This document shows positions 9,378 through 18,913 of a stretch of DNA of 64,000 bases, piece by piece. Made by a program: the position numbers and the translations under genes. Location: the NCBI GenBank assembly GCA_039028615.1, contig JBCCHT010000042.1:32001-96000 (forward strand), given 5' to 3'. The notes beneath the pieces were generated by a model, which was not told the origin of the DNA, made no database searches, and saw only the letters and a program-made list of their open reading frames with translations. The DNA comes from Myxococcota bacterium. GTDB taxonomy: Bacteria > Myxococcota_A > Polyangia > Nannocystales > Nannocystaceae. The first letter of the stretch is position 1; every line of letters starts with the position of its first letter.

Positions 9378-12300
9378 TTACTCAGCCTTCGCGACGGTCA
9401 CCGCCAGGGTCTCGCCGTCGATCTCGAAGCTCTGCTCGCTGCTGCCCTGGTCGGTCACGTCCATCGCAGTGGCGAGCGTCTCTCCCTGGATCATCGCGGC
9501 GAGGCCCTCTTGGCCCGCGGCGGCGGCCAGCTCGCCCGAACAGTGCAGGGTCAGCGAGATGCGGTCGCTGACCTCGAGCCCGGAGGCCTTCCGTACGTTC
9601 TGCACGCGGTTGATGATCTCCCGCGCCAGGCCTTCGTGACGCAGGGCGTCGCTGACGGTGGTGTCGAGCACGACGGTGATGCCCTCGGCCGCCTCGGCGG
9701 CTTGCTCCCCGGTGGCCTCGCGCACGATGAGGATGTCGCCCTCGCCGAGGGTCTCGCCCTCGAGCTCGATGGACCCGGTGCTGACGTACTGGCCGATGGC
9801 GGCGGCGTCGAGCTTGGCGACGGCCCCGGCGACGACCTTCATCCTCTTGCCCAGGCGCCTGCCCAGGGCCTTGAAGTTGGCCTTGGCGGAGAGGCTGACG
9901 AGGCCGCCGTCGTCTTCCTGGACGCGCAGCTCCTTGACGTTGAGCTCGGCGAGCAGGTCGTCGCGCCCGGCCTCGACGGCGGCTCGTACGGCGGCGTCGG
10001 GGCTGGCGACGGTCATGACGGCCAGGGGTCGGCGCACGGCGAGGCGCTCGCGCTCGCGGATGGCCATGCCGAGGTTGGCGACCTGGCGAACGGCGGCGAC
10101 GTCGGCCTCGAGCGTCTCGTCGCGCCGCGAGGCCTCGACCTCGGGGTAAGGCCGCAGGTGCACGCTGTCCTCGCCCTCACCGGCCAGGCCGGTGTCGACC
10201 CACAGGCGCTGGTACATCCACTCGGAGAAGAAGGGGATGACGGGCGCGATGGCGTGGGTGACGGTGGACAGGACCTGGAAGAGGGTGGCGTAGGCGTCGG
10301 TCTTGTCGCGATCGTCCTCGCCCTGGCCTCGCCAGTATCGCCGACGGCCGCGGCGGATGTACCAGTTGTTGAGGTCGTCGCAGATGCGATGGAAGGCGGG
10401 CACGAGGTTCGACAGCGCGTAGGCGTCGAGCTCGGCTCGCATCTGGCCCACGAAATCCTGTACGCGGCTGAGGATCCAGCGGTCGAGGCTGGCCTGCGGC
10501 GCATGGGTGAGGGTCTCGCGGGTGGGGGTCCAGCCGTCGGCCTGGGCGTAGGTGGCCAGGAAGTTGTAGGCGTTCCACAGCGGCAAGACGATCTTGCGCA
10601 CGGTGTCGCGAACGCCCCGCTCGGCGAAGCGCATGGGCTCGGCCCGCACGGCGGCGCTGTTGATGAGGTAGGCCCGCAGGGCGTCGGCCCCGTGCTGGCT
10701 GATGATCTCCGTGGGATCGGGGTAGTTCTTCAGCCGCTTGGACATCTTCTTGCCGTCTTCGGCGAGCACCAAGCCGTTGACGATGACGTGCTTGAACGCG
10801 GGCCGATCGAACAGCGCGGTGGCGAGCACGTGCAGCGTGTAGAACCAGCCGCGGGTCTGATCGAGACCCTCGGCGATGAAGTCGGCGGGGAGGTTGTCCT
10901 CGACGTACTGCTTGCGCCCCTCGTCGAAGGGATAGTGGTTTTGCGAGTAGGGCATGCTGCCCGACTCGAACCAGCAGTCGAAGACCTCGTTGACCCGACG
11001 CATGGTGCCGCCGGGGGTCTTTTTCGAGGGGAAGGTGATGGGGTCGATGTTCTCGCGGTGCAGGTCGGTGATGGACCCCGCGTCGAGACCGGCGAGCTGC
11101 TCGAGCTCGGCGATGGAGCCTACGCAGACGGTGTCGGAGGGGTCCTCGTCGCAGCGCCAGATGGGCAGCGGCGTGCCCCAGAAGCGGTTGCGGGCGAGGT
11201 TCCAGTCGCGAGCCGAGGCCAGCCAGTTGCCGAAGCGCCCCGAGCCGACGTGGTCGGGCACCCAGTGGATCTTCTCGTTGTGGGCGACGAGCTTGTCGCG
11301 GATGCGCTCGACCTTCATGAACCAGGTCGACAGCGCCATGTACAAGAGCGGCTTGTCGGTGCGGTAGCAGTGCGGATAGGGGTGGACGATCTGGTCGTGG
11401 TCGACGACCTTCCCCTCCTTCTTGAGCCGCGCGACGATGGGCTTGTCGGCATCCTTGGCGAAGAGGCCCGCGAACTCGCCCACGCTGTCGTCGAAGACGC
11501 CGGACAGGCCCATGGGGCGCGCCATGGGCAGGCCCTCGCGCTTGCCGACCTCATAGTCGTCTTCACCGAAGGCGGGGGCCTGGTGGACGATGCCCGTCCC
11601 GCTGTCGACGGTGACGTAGTCGGCTTGCACCACCCGAAAGGCGGCACGGCGGCCGTCGATCGGCTCGGCGTGCTGCGCAAAGAAGGGCAGCAGCGGGGTG
11701 TAGGGACGGCCGACGAGATCGCGGCCGGGCATGCGGGCGAGCTCTTCGGTCTCGCCGATGCGACCGCGGCCCTGGTAGTCGGCGAGGCGGCCCGGCTCCA
11801 GGTAGGCGATCTCTCCGGTCTCGACGACCTTGACCTTGACGTAGGTGACGTCGGGGTGGACGGCCAGCGCGAGGTTGCTGGGCAGGGTCCAGGGGGTGGT
11901 GGTCCAGGCCCAGAGGTAGGCGCCCTCTTCGTCCTCGAGGGCGAAGCGGATGGTGAGGCTCGGGTCGGAGACCCGCTTGTGGCCTTCCTTGCGGGTGACG
12001 GGATCCTTCTCTTGAGGGCCCTGTGCGACCTCGAAATTGGACAGAGGCGTGCCTAGCGCGGGCGAGACGGGCTGAACCCGGAAACCCTCGTAGATCGAAT
12101 CATCATCCCAAAGCCGCCGAAACACCCACCAGACCGTCTCCATGAAGGAGGCGTCCATGGTCTTGTAGTCGTTGTCGAAGTCCACCCACCGACCGGTGCG
12201 GCGGACCATGGTCTCCCACTCCTTTGTGAAGCGGAGCACACCGGCTCGGCACGCGGCGTTGAAGCGGTCGATCCCGTACTCCTCGATCTCCGCCTGGCCG

Positions 12301-12635
12301 TGCACGCCGAGGTCGTTTTCCACCAGGCTCTCGATGGGCAGGCCATGGCAATCCCAGCCAAAGCGACGTTCGACTGCGAAACCGCACATCGACTGGTAGC
12401 GGGGGACGATGTCCTTGATCGTGCCGGGCAGCAGGTGGCCGTAGTGGGGCAAGCCAGTGGCGAATGGCGGCCCATCATTGAACGCAAACGCGGGTTCTTT
12501 GCTCTGCCCTAGCGCCGCCGCGGCGCCCCGCCGTAAGGAGCGGCCTTCGACATCGTTGTCTGCCCAGAGCCGCAAAATGCCCTCTTCGAGGCGGGGGAGG
12601 TCGAATTGTGCGGGTGGCGCATTGAGAGTGGCCAT
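9378..12635 (-). CDS. ileS: isoleucine--tRNA ligase (IleRS2 type)
   Basis: DGPPFATGLPHYGH, GWDCHGLP, WTTTPWTLPSN, EGLDQTRGWFY, KMSKR. Confidence 0.97.
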   Translation of the reverse strand: MATLNAPPAQFDLPRLEEGILRLWADNDVEGRSLRRGAAAALGQSKEPAFAFNDGPPFATGLPHYGHLLPGTIKDIVPRYQSMCGFAVERRFGWDCHGLPIESLVENDLGVHGQAEIEEYGIDRFNAACRAGVLRFTKEWETMVRRTGRWVDFDNDYKTMDASFMETVWWVFRRLWDDDSIYEGFRVQPVSPALGTPLSNFEVAQGPQEKDPVTRKEGHKRVSDPSLTIRFALEDEEGAYLWAWTTTPWTLPSNLALAVHPDVTYVKVKVVETGEIAYLEPGRLADYQGRGRIGETEELARMPGRDLVGRPYTPLLPFFAQHAEPIDGRRAAFRVVQADYVTVDSGTGIVHQAPAFGEDDYEVGKREGLPMARPMGLSGVFDDSVGEFAGLFAKDADKPIVARLKKEGKVVDHDQIVHPYPHCYRTDKPLLYMALSTWFMKVERIRDKLVAHNEKIHWVPDHVGSGRFGNWLASARDWNLARNRFWGTPLPIWRCDEDPSDTVCVGSIAELEQLAGLDAGSITDLHRENIDPITFPSKKTPGGTMRRVNEVFDCWFESGSMPYSQNHYPFDEGRKQYVEDNLPADFIAEGLDQTRGWFYTLHVLATALFDRPAFKHVIVNGLVLAEDGKKMSKRLKNYPDPTEIISQHGADALRAYLINSAAVRAEPMRFAERGVRDTVRKIVLPLWNAYNFLATYAQADGWTPTRETLTHAPQASLDRWILSRVQDFVGQMRAELDAYALSNLVPAFHRICDDLNNWYIRRGRRRYWRGQGEDDRDKTDAYATLFQVLSTVTHAIAPVIPFFSEWMYQRLWVDTGLAGEGEDSVHLRPYPEVEASRRDETLEADVAAVRQVANLGMAIRERERLAVRRPLAVMTVASPDAAVRAAVEAGRDDLLAELNVKELRVQEDDGGLVSLSAKANFKALGRRLGKRMKVVAGAVAKLDAAAIGQYVSTGSIELEGETLGEGDILIVREATGEQAAEAAEGITVVLDTTVSDALRHEGLAREIINRVQNVRKASGLEVSDRISLTLHCSGELAAAAGQEGLAAMIQGETLATAMDVTDQGSSEQSFEIDGETLAVTVAKAE

Positions 12636-12773
12636 GGCGTCTGTTTCCAGGTGCTTGCATGTCGCGCCTAGAGCCCGGGGTCAACCCCCTCGCACGATGC
12701 CGGTCCATCCCCCGAGGTTTGCCCGAGACGGGCGCCCAGGGGTATGCTGCCGCCGCTTGGACCCGGAGTACCG

Positions 12774-13964
12774 ATGAAGCGCGCCTACCGAAATCTCACC
12801 TCTGCCGCATTCGTCCTGGCGATGACGACCATCGCGACCGGCTGCCCCGGTGGAACCGACAACGGTTTGAACGATCGCGCGCCCTTCCGCGACTCATGGG
12901 CCGTGGTGGCCGATCTCGCGTTCGTGCACACCGGCCCCGAGGGCGTGGAAATCGGCAGCGTCAACGTCGGTGGCCGCCTGACCAACGACAACTTCGCCAA
13001 CCGCGGCGACGTCATCGTCAACTTCGACGGGCCTGCCGACCGCATCCTCGTCGAGATGCGTCGCTTCACGCAGACCACCGACTCGTCCGCCGCTCAGGTC
13101 GACTTCGACAACCTGTCGCTGTGGGCGTTCAACTCCTCGCTGGGTCGCCCGCAGGACCAAGCGGTCGAGGACGACTGCGTGGCCAGCGGCTGGCAAGGCG
13201 GCTGCGAAATCCGCGTGTACTACGACGGGCAGAGCCAGCTGCAGCGCGCGGGCGCCGACATTCGCGTCACCCTGCCGCCCGACTACCGCTACGAGCTCAA
13301 CGTCGAGACCGAGGACAACGTCGCGGACGACGACTACTTCAACCGCGGTGACATCTGCGTCAGCAACCTGAACGGTACGGCCAACATCACCGCACAGAGC
13401 GGCAACGTCTGGGTCAACCTCGCCGCCGAGACCACCCCGACGCCGACCTGCACGGCCGACGACATCGCGCGATGCGAGGGCTGGACCAACGACGACGGCA
13501 CGGGCACCGAGGTCCCCGCCCCGTGGGATCCGCAGTGCGGCTGCATCAACCACGGCGCCCTGGACATCAACAACCGCGACGCCGCGGCCTCGAACATCAC
13601 CGTCGACCTGCCCTCGAGTCTGTGGACCTCGATTCGCGCCGAGAACACCGGCGAGGGCCAGATGTCCGCGGGTGAGCACTGCGAGGCCAACGTCGACGTC
13701 TCCAACAGCGAAGAGGACCCCACGGGCAACGACTTCCCGTGGCAGGCCTCCTACGCGGCCAACTACCCGGGCATGCCCGCGGTGGCTGGTGCCGGCTACT
13801 TCGTGAAGCTCGAGTCCAGCGAGTGCTCGCCGGTCGCGTTCACCCAGGGCCCCGACGACTTCGTGGGCGTGGGCAACGGCGACGACCAAGAGTCCTCCGA
13901 GCGCGGCAACATCACCGTCTGCAACGGCTGCATCACCCAGACCTGCGCGGACCTGGTCCCGTAA
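12774..13964 (+). CDS. hypothetical Cys/Asp/Asn-rich lipoprotein
   Basis: Signal peptide with IATGC lipobox; strong GC3 bias; followed by terminator. Confidence 0.8.
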   Translation: MKRAYRNLTSAAFVLAMTTIATGCPGGTDNGLNDRAPFRDSWAVVADLAFVHTGPEGVEIGSVNVGGRLTNDNFANRGDVIVNFDGPADRILVEMRRFTQTTDSSAAQVDFDNLSLWAFNSSLGRPQDQAVEDDCVASGWQGGCEIRVYYDGQSQLQRAGADIRVTLPPDYRYELNVETEDNVADDDYFNRGDICVSNLNGTANITAQSGNVWVNLAAETTPTPTCTADDIARCEGWTNDDGTGTEVPAPWDPQCGCINHGALDINNRDAAASNITVDLPSSLWTSIRAENTGEGQMSAGEHCEANVDVSNSEEDPTGNDFPWQASYAANYPGMPAVAGAGYFVKLESSECSPVAFTQGPDDFVGVGNGDDQESSERGNITVCNGCITQTCADLVP

Positions 13965-13983
13965 CCTGCGGGCAGCGTTCGAC

Positions 13984-14016
13984 GAAAAAGGGAGGCTCAG
14001 TGAGCCTCCCTTTTTC
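13984..14016. terminator. bidirectional intrinsic terminator
   Basis: Perfect inverted repeat GAAAAAGGGAGGCTCA / TGAGCCTCCCTTTTTC between convergent genes, with a T tract on each strand. Confidence 0.9.
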
Positions 14017-14042
14017 TTTGGTTGTGCGCCTTCGTGTGCGCG

Positions 14043-16997
14043 TCAGGTGGGGTTGCCGTCGCTGCTGGGCGGCTCGTAGTGGCTGCGATAGCGCCCCCAA
14101 AGGTCGGGCCAGTCGTCGATGCGAGCGGGGCCGCTCTCGGCCCACGACGACAGCGATAGCTGCAGCGCGCTTTCGAATTGGAACCACAGCGAGGTTTCGG
14201 AGGGCCGCGACGGGGTATCGGCGCTCTCGTCCGACTGGGCCAGGGCTTGCTCGACCGCCCGATCGACCACGCCGTGGGCGGTCATGGTCGGCGTCAGGAA
14301 GCACGCTCCCGGCTGGAACATGGAGTCCGGCCGGGCCGGGGTCCGCAGGATGCCGTTCACCTCGGTGGCCGCGTTGCGATGGAAGAAGGGCGGTCGGAAG
14401 GTGTGGGCGGTGGTGTCCCAGCGCGGCGGAAAGACGACCAGGTCGAGCCCGTTGGCCCCGCGCTCGTCGAGCGGAGCGGTGAGCACGGTATAGGCCGAGG
14501 GGTCGATGTGGTCGTAGGCCACATTGGACACGGGGGAGAACAACGCGAGGTCGTAGGCGTAGGGCGTGTAGTTGCCGTGCCACGCGACGACGTCGAAGGG
14601 GCTGCGATCGAGGGTCGTCTGATAAAGCTGCCCGCCCATCTTGGTGGTGAAGCGAAAGCCGGGATCGGGTCGGTTCTCGAACCAGGGGGTGGGCGTGCGG
14701 AAGTGCCGGGGATCGGCGAGCCCGTTGGCCCCCACCACGCCGCGATCGGGCAGCTCGAAGTGGCGGCCGTAGATCTCGCCCACGTAGCCGCGGGCGCAGT
14801 CGCCCTGGAGCAGCACGGAGAACGCGATGCCGCGGGGGATGATCGCCAGCTCGCCCGGGGCCACGTCGAGCACGCCCAGCTCGGTGCGCAGGGTCAGCGC
14901 GCCCTCTTGCGGCAGCAGCAGCAGATCGCCATCGGAGTTCTGGTAGGCGCGATGCTCCATGCTGCGGTTGGCCGCATACAGGTGGATGGCAAAGCCGCGT
15001 CGCTCGGCCGCGCGCCCCTGGCCCCCGTAGGTGTGCATGCCGTCCACGAAATCGGTGGGCGCCTCGGGGATGGCCAGCGGTCGGTGCCCCACCAGGTTGA
15101 TGGCGGGAGGTCGCAGCGCATAGTCCTCGCACAAGGTGGGGTGCAGCAGGGGGACGAAGGGGCGATGCCCCGCGGAGGGCCGGATCCGGTAGACCCAGGT
15201 CCGCAGGTTGTGCGAGCGCGCGGCGACGAAGCCAGTGCCGTTCCACTGCTCGGCATACAGCCCCATCGGCCCGCGGCGGGGGCTGTTTTGCGTGCGGGGC
15301 AGGGCTCCGGGCAAGGCCTCCACCGCGTGGGTGTTGCCGAAGCCGCTGACGCCTTCGTTGGTGGTGCCGAGCAGGAGCTCGCGGGCGCGGATCCGCTGGC
15401 GTCCGCCGATCTCGTGGATGTCGCCCGGCTCGATCATCGTCTCCACGGTCGCGCCCGCGTCGACCAGCTCGGCCACCGTCTCTTCGAAATCGGTGGCGTC
15501 GATCCACGGGTCGGCCTGCGCCACGCCGACCAAGACCGGCACCTCGTCCAGCGCGCCACCGAAGGCCGGTCGCGCGTCGGAGGGACCCACGCGAGCGCCC
15601 GCCAGCGCGATCACGGTGGCGAAGGACCCACATTCGCGGGTGAGCAGCTCGAAGGCCAAGCAGGCCCCCTGCGAAAAGCCCAGCAGGTGCACGCGGGCAT
15701 GCGGAGCCCTCTGCTCGATCCAGGCCCGCGTGGCCTCCAGGGTCCCGAGGGCGGCGTTCATGCCTTCGGCGTCGTCGGCCCACGCGGTGCGGTAGGTCGC
15801 CTCCGACCACGAGCCGCCGGGGGCCTGGGGCGCCACGATGGCCACCCCGGGCGCGTCCCCGACGATCTCCCGGGAGCGCTGCACGATGGCATCGGCCGTG
15901 GAGGCGCGACCGTGCACCGCGAGCACGACATCGTCCGCGCTCTCGAGGTCCCCGTGCACCGAAAGCGGCGGGCCGTGATCCCAGGGGCACCAGCGAACGT
16001 GTCGCGACGGTCGGCGGCCCAGCAACGCGGGCTGCACCCACGACTGCGGACCCAGCGTGTCTTCGATGGCCTCGTGCACGTCGGCCGGCGCCACGCCCAG
16101 GGCGGACAGCGACGAAGCCCCGCCCACCGCGACCAGCGTATCGAACAGGGTGGCGAGGGGGTCGGCCTCGGGCAGCGCGTCGAGAATGGCGCGGTACAGC
16201 TCGGGGGAGTGGCGGCGCATGGCCGCGATGGAGGCGGGCAGCAACGCCGCGTGCACGGCCGCGTGGGGCAGGCCGAAGCGAGCGCCCAGCACATGCACCA
16301 CGCGGTGGTGTCGGCCCATGCGGTGCGCGTCGAGGATCTGGGCGGCGGCCGAAGCCCCGCGCGCGGCCTCGACCCGCGCCTGCCGATGCCGCGGGCGATC
16401 GGCGAGCATCAGCACCGCGCGATACAGCTGAGCCATCACCGCCAGCGCCCGCTCGCGCAGCGTCTCGTCGAGCGGATCGCTCGACAGCGCGCTCATGGGG
16501 TGGGCCATGGCGTTGACGAGGCTCTGGACGGTGAGCCGCCGCGACAGCGTGTCGAGGAACTCGGGCACATAGGCCACCACGTCGGCGCGCACTCGATCGT
16601 CGCGCCCCGTCTGCTTGTTGCCCTCGTCGGTGATGCCGTAGATCCGGGTCATCTCCGAGCCGGCGTAGGTGGTGGGAATGGCCACGAAGGGCAGCGTGGT
16701 CTCCAGCCGCAGCGCCTTGGCCAGGCCGGTCGCCGACCCTCCGCCCACCGTCACGATCGCGTCCGCGTCGTGCTCACCCAGCGCCTTGCGGACCGCCTCG
16801 ACCTTGGCTCGGGGCACATGCACCTCGGCCTGCGAGAAGCGGCGGACGGTCATGCCCTCGAGGCCCGCTTCGACCTCGTCGACGAAGCGCTGCGCGGGGC
16901 CGCTGATGAGCAGCGGGCGGGCCACACCTTTGTCGCGCAGCCAGTCGAGCGCCTGGGTCAGCGCGTCGAAACCGAAATAGGTGATCGGGTCGGGCAT
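14043..16997 (-). CDS. hmgA: triple fusion: maleylacetate reductase-like Fe-ADH + phospholipase/carboxylesterase + homogentisate 1,2-dioxygenase
   Basis: GGGSATGLAK, PTTYAGSEMT, NAMAH, HHRVVHVLG (Fe-ADH/MAR); HGR...GFSQGAC...DPWI...HEI (alpha/beta hydrolase); EALPGALP...QNSP, WHGNYTPY, DHIDPS, FRPPFFHRNAATE, AHG (HmgA); one uninterrupted frame. Confidence 0.9.
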   Translation of the reverse strand: MPDPITYFGFDALTQALDWLRDKGVARPLLISGPAQRFVDEVEAGLEGMTVRRFSQAEVHVPRAKVEAVRKALGEHDADAIVTVGGGSATGLAKALRLETTLPFVAIPTTYAGSEMTRIYGITDEGNKQTGRDDRVRADVVAYVPEFLDTLSRRLTVQSLVNAMAHPMSALSSDPLDETLRERALAVMAQLYRAVLMLADRPRHRQARVEAARGASAAAQILDAHRMGRHHRVVHVLGARFGLPHAAVHAALLPASIAAMRRHSPELYRAILDALPEADPLATLFDTLVAVGGASSLSALGVAPADVHEAIEDTLGPQSWVQPALLGRRPSRHVRWCPWDHGPPLSVHGDLESADDVVLAVHGRASTADAIVQRSREIVGDAPGVAIVAPQAPGGSWSEATYRTAWADDAEGMNAALGTLEATRAWIEQRAPHARVHLLGFSQGACLAFELLTRECGSFATVIALAGARVGPSDARPAFGGALDEVPVLVGVAQADPWIDATDFEETVAELVDAGATVETMIEPGDIHEIGGRQRIRARELLLGTTNEGVSGFGNTHAVEALPGALPRTQNSPRRGPMGLYAEQWNGTGFVAARSHNLRTWVYRIRPSAGHRPFVPLLHPTLCEDYALRPPAINLVGHRPLAIPEAPTDFVDGMHTYGGQGRAAERRGFAIHLYAANRSMEHRAYQNSDGDLLLLPQEGALTLRTELGVLDVAPGELAIIPRGIAFSVLLQGDCARGYVGEIYGRHFELPDRGVVGANGLADPRHFRTPTPWFENRPDPGFRFTTKMGGQLYQTTLDRSPFDVVAWHGNYTPYAYDLALFSPVSNVAYDHIDPSAYTVLTAPLDERGANGLDLVVFPPRWDTTAHTFRPPFFHRNAATEVNGILRTPARPDSMFQPGACFLTPTMTAHGVVDRAVEQALAQSDESADTPSRPSETSLWFQFESALQLSLSSWAESGPARIDDWPDLWGRYRSHYEPPSSDGNPT

Positions 16998-17122
16998 GGC
17001 AGTGCATGAAGCATGTCTCCCGCCCTTGGACCTACGCAAGCGTCTGTGCCAGGCTCGAACCCGTGGTGGCCGGCCTCTCGCTTCATCGTCGTTGCGCATC
17101 GACGCTGTGCAAGCTCTTGTGC

Positions 17123-17863
17123 ATGGCCGCGATCGTGACTGCCTGCCGCGCTTCGGGGCCGACCGAAACGCCCACCGCGACCGCTGCACCGAGTTCTGCG
17201 GCCACCGACCGCCCCGCCTCCACGCCCGCCACTGGCCCGGCCCCGAGCGACGACGAGGGCTGGGAGTCGGTCACGAACGAGGACGGCATCATCGTGACCG
17301 CACGCGCCAGTGCGCGCAGCGAGCTGAAGGTGTTTCGCGGGGTCGGCGTGGTCGAGGCGCCTCTCATCGAGGTGCTCGCGGTGATCACCGACGCCGATCG
17401 CCACGACGAGTGGGTGCACTCGTGCTCCGAGTCGGGTCTCATCGAGCAGAGCACCGAGCTGACCGGGTTCGTCTACAACCGCACCGCGACGCCCTGGCCC
17501 GTGGCCGATCGGGACGTGGTGCTGCGCAGCCGCATCCAGCTCATCGACGGGGAGCGCGAGGTCCTGGTGACCTTCACCGCCACCGAGCACCCCGCCAAGG
17601 CGCCCGAAGACGGGGTCATTCGCATGCCCTATCTCGAAGGCCACTATCACCTGTGGGCGCAAGGGCCTTCGAGCACGCGGGTCGAGTACCAGGTCGACAG
17701 CGATCCCGGCGGGCGGCTGCCCACGGGGCTCGTGTCGCGGGGCACGCGGGACATGCCGGTCGAGACGCTGCAGGGGCTGCGGGCGCAGGTCGTACGCACC
17801 CGCGGCAGCTACGCGGAGAAGATCGAAGACTTCCGCCGCACCATCACGAACGCGGGCTCCTAG
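17123..17863 (+). CDS. START/SRPBCC lipid-binding domain protein
   Basis: W..V.NEDGIIV, TPWPVADRDVV, TRVEYQVDSDPGGRLP; start uncertain (ORF open from 17006). Confidence 0.85.
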   Translation: MAAIVTACRASGPTETPTATAAPSSAATDRPASTPATGPAPSDDEGWESVTNEDGIIVTARASARSELKVFRGVGVVEAPLIEVLAVITDADRHDEWVHSCSESGLIEQSTELTGFVYNRTATPWPVADRDVVLRSRIQLIDGEREVLVTFTATEHPAKAPEDGVIRMPYLEGHYHLWAQGPSSTRVEYQVDSDPGGRLPTGLVSRGTRDMPVETLQGLRAQVVRTRGSYAEKIEDFRRTITNAGS

Positions 17864-17872
17864 CGAGTCGCG

Positions 17873-18904
17873 CTACACGGGGCGCGGATCGGGCAACCCG
17901 GGCGGGAGCCGCTCCACGAGCAGGGCCCCTCGCACGTGCCGAACCGGTCGGTTCACCGCGCCCGGGCGACCGCCGATCTGCACCACTTGGCCCCCATCGC
18001 TCTGCGTGTTGCGAACCCCTTCCCGCAGGCTCTGCTCGTCACAGCCCACCACCACGATCATCGGGCCCACCAAGGGCAGGTCGGGCAGGGGCCAGGACGT
18101 GTGGAACAGCGCGGGGGCGAGATAGCCGCGAGGGTCACCCATGCGCTCGAGCAGCCCGCCCGGACACCAGGCTTCGACGTCGGCGTGCGCCTTCCACTGC
18201 GCGTAGGCGTCGAGGAATCGATCGCGAACGACGGGGGTGACCGGCCCGGCGAAGGACTCGGGGTCGTTGGCGGGCCCCACCGTCACGCCGACCCAGAGCC
18301 GACGGAGGTGTCGCTGTAGAAGCTCGAGGTCACCCGCCACGTAGGCGACCTTCACCCCGCGCGGGTCGACACCGCTGCGTCGCAGGCCGGTCCGCGCGAG
18401 CACGTAGGCGGCCAGCTCTCGATCGGCGTCCGAGTCGATCACCGCCACGCGTCGCTGCGGCTTGGGCACGCCGCCTTCGGTATGGCCCTCGGGCAACGAC
18501 GCGGACAGCTCGTCTTCGATCGTCAGCACGCCGGGCGCAAAGGCGGTTTCGAGGTTGCGCAGCAGATCGAGCGCCCCGGTGCAGGCATCGGGCTCACGCT
18601 GCAGCAGCACCGTCCGACCGCGACGAAGCCAGCTCCACACCGACTCGATCGACTCGAGCGGCTGACCGCGGCGCTCGATGACCCGAACGGCGGGCCCGGG
18701 GCGCGGCGCGGGCCGAGACCGGTTGAGGTCGACCACCCGGCTTTGGATCTGCCCCACCAGCTGCTCGCGATCCCACGCCACCAGCTCGAGCTGCTTGGCC
18801 AACGAGTCGGCCAGCGCATCGGCGTACAGGGTGATCAGCTCGGACAGCTCGGGGCCACGGGCACGCGCGATCGCGGCGATCTGCTTGGCGGAGGCGTCCA
18901 CCAC
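17873..18904 (-). CDS. degenerate aldehyde dehydrogenase-like protein
   Basis: VIDSDADRELAA, SGVDPRG at the G-Q-x-C position, VGPANDPESFAGPV, GYLAPALF, LVGPMIVV; truncated, no catalytic Cys. Confidence 0.65.
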   Translation of the reverse strand: MVDASAKQIAAIARARGPELSELITLYADALADSLAKQLELVAWDREQLVGQIQSRVVDLNRSRPAPRPGPAVRVIERRGQPLESIESVWSWLRRGRTVLLQREPDACTGALDLLRNLETAFAPGVLTIEDELSASLPEGHTEGGVPKPQRRVAVIDSDADRELAAYVLARTGLRRSGVDPRGVKVAYVAGDLELLQRHLRRLWVGVTVGPANDPESFAGPVTPVVRDRFLDAYAQWKAHADVEAWCPGGLLERMGDPRGYLAPALFHTSWPLPDLPLVGPMIVVVGCDEQSLREGVRNTQSDGGQVVQIGGRPGAVNRPVRHVRGALLVERLPPGLPDPRPV

Positions 18905-18913
18905 CGCAACATT

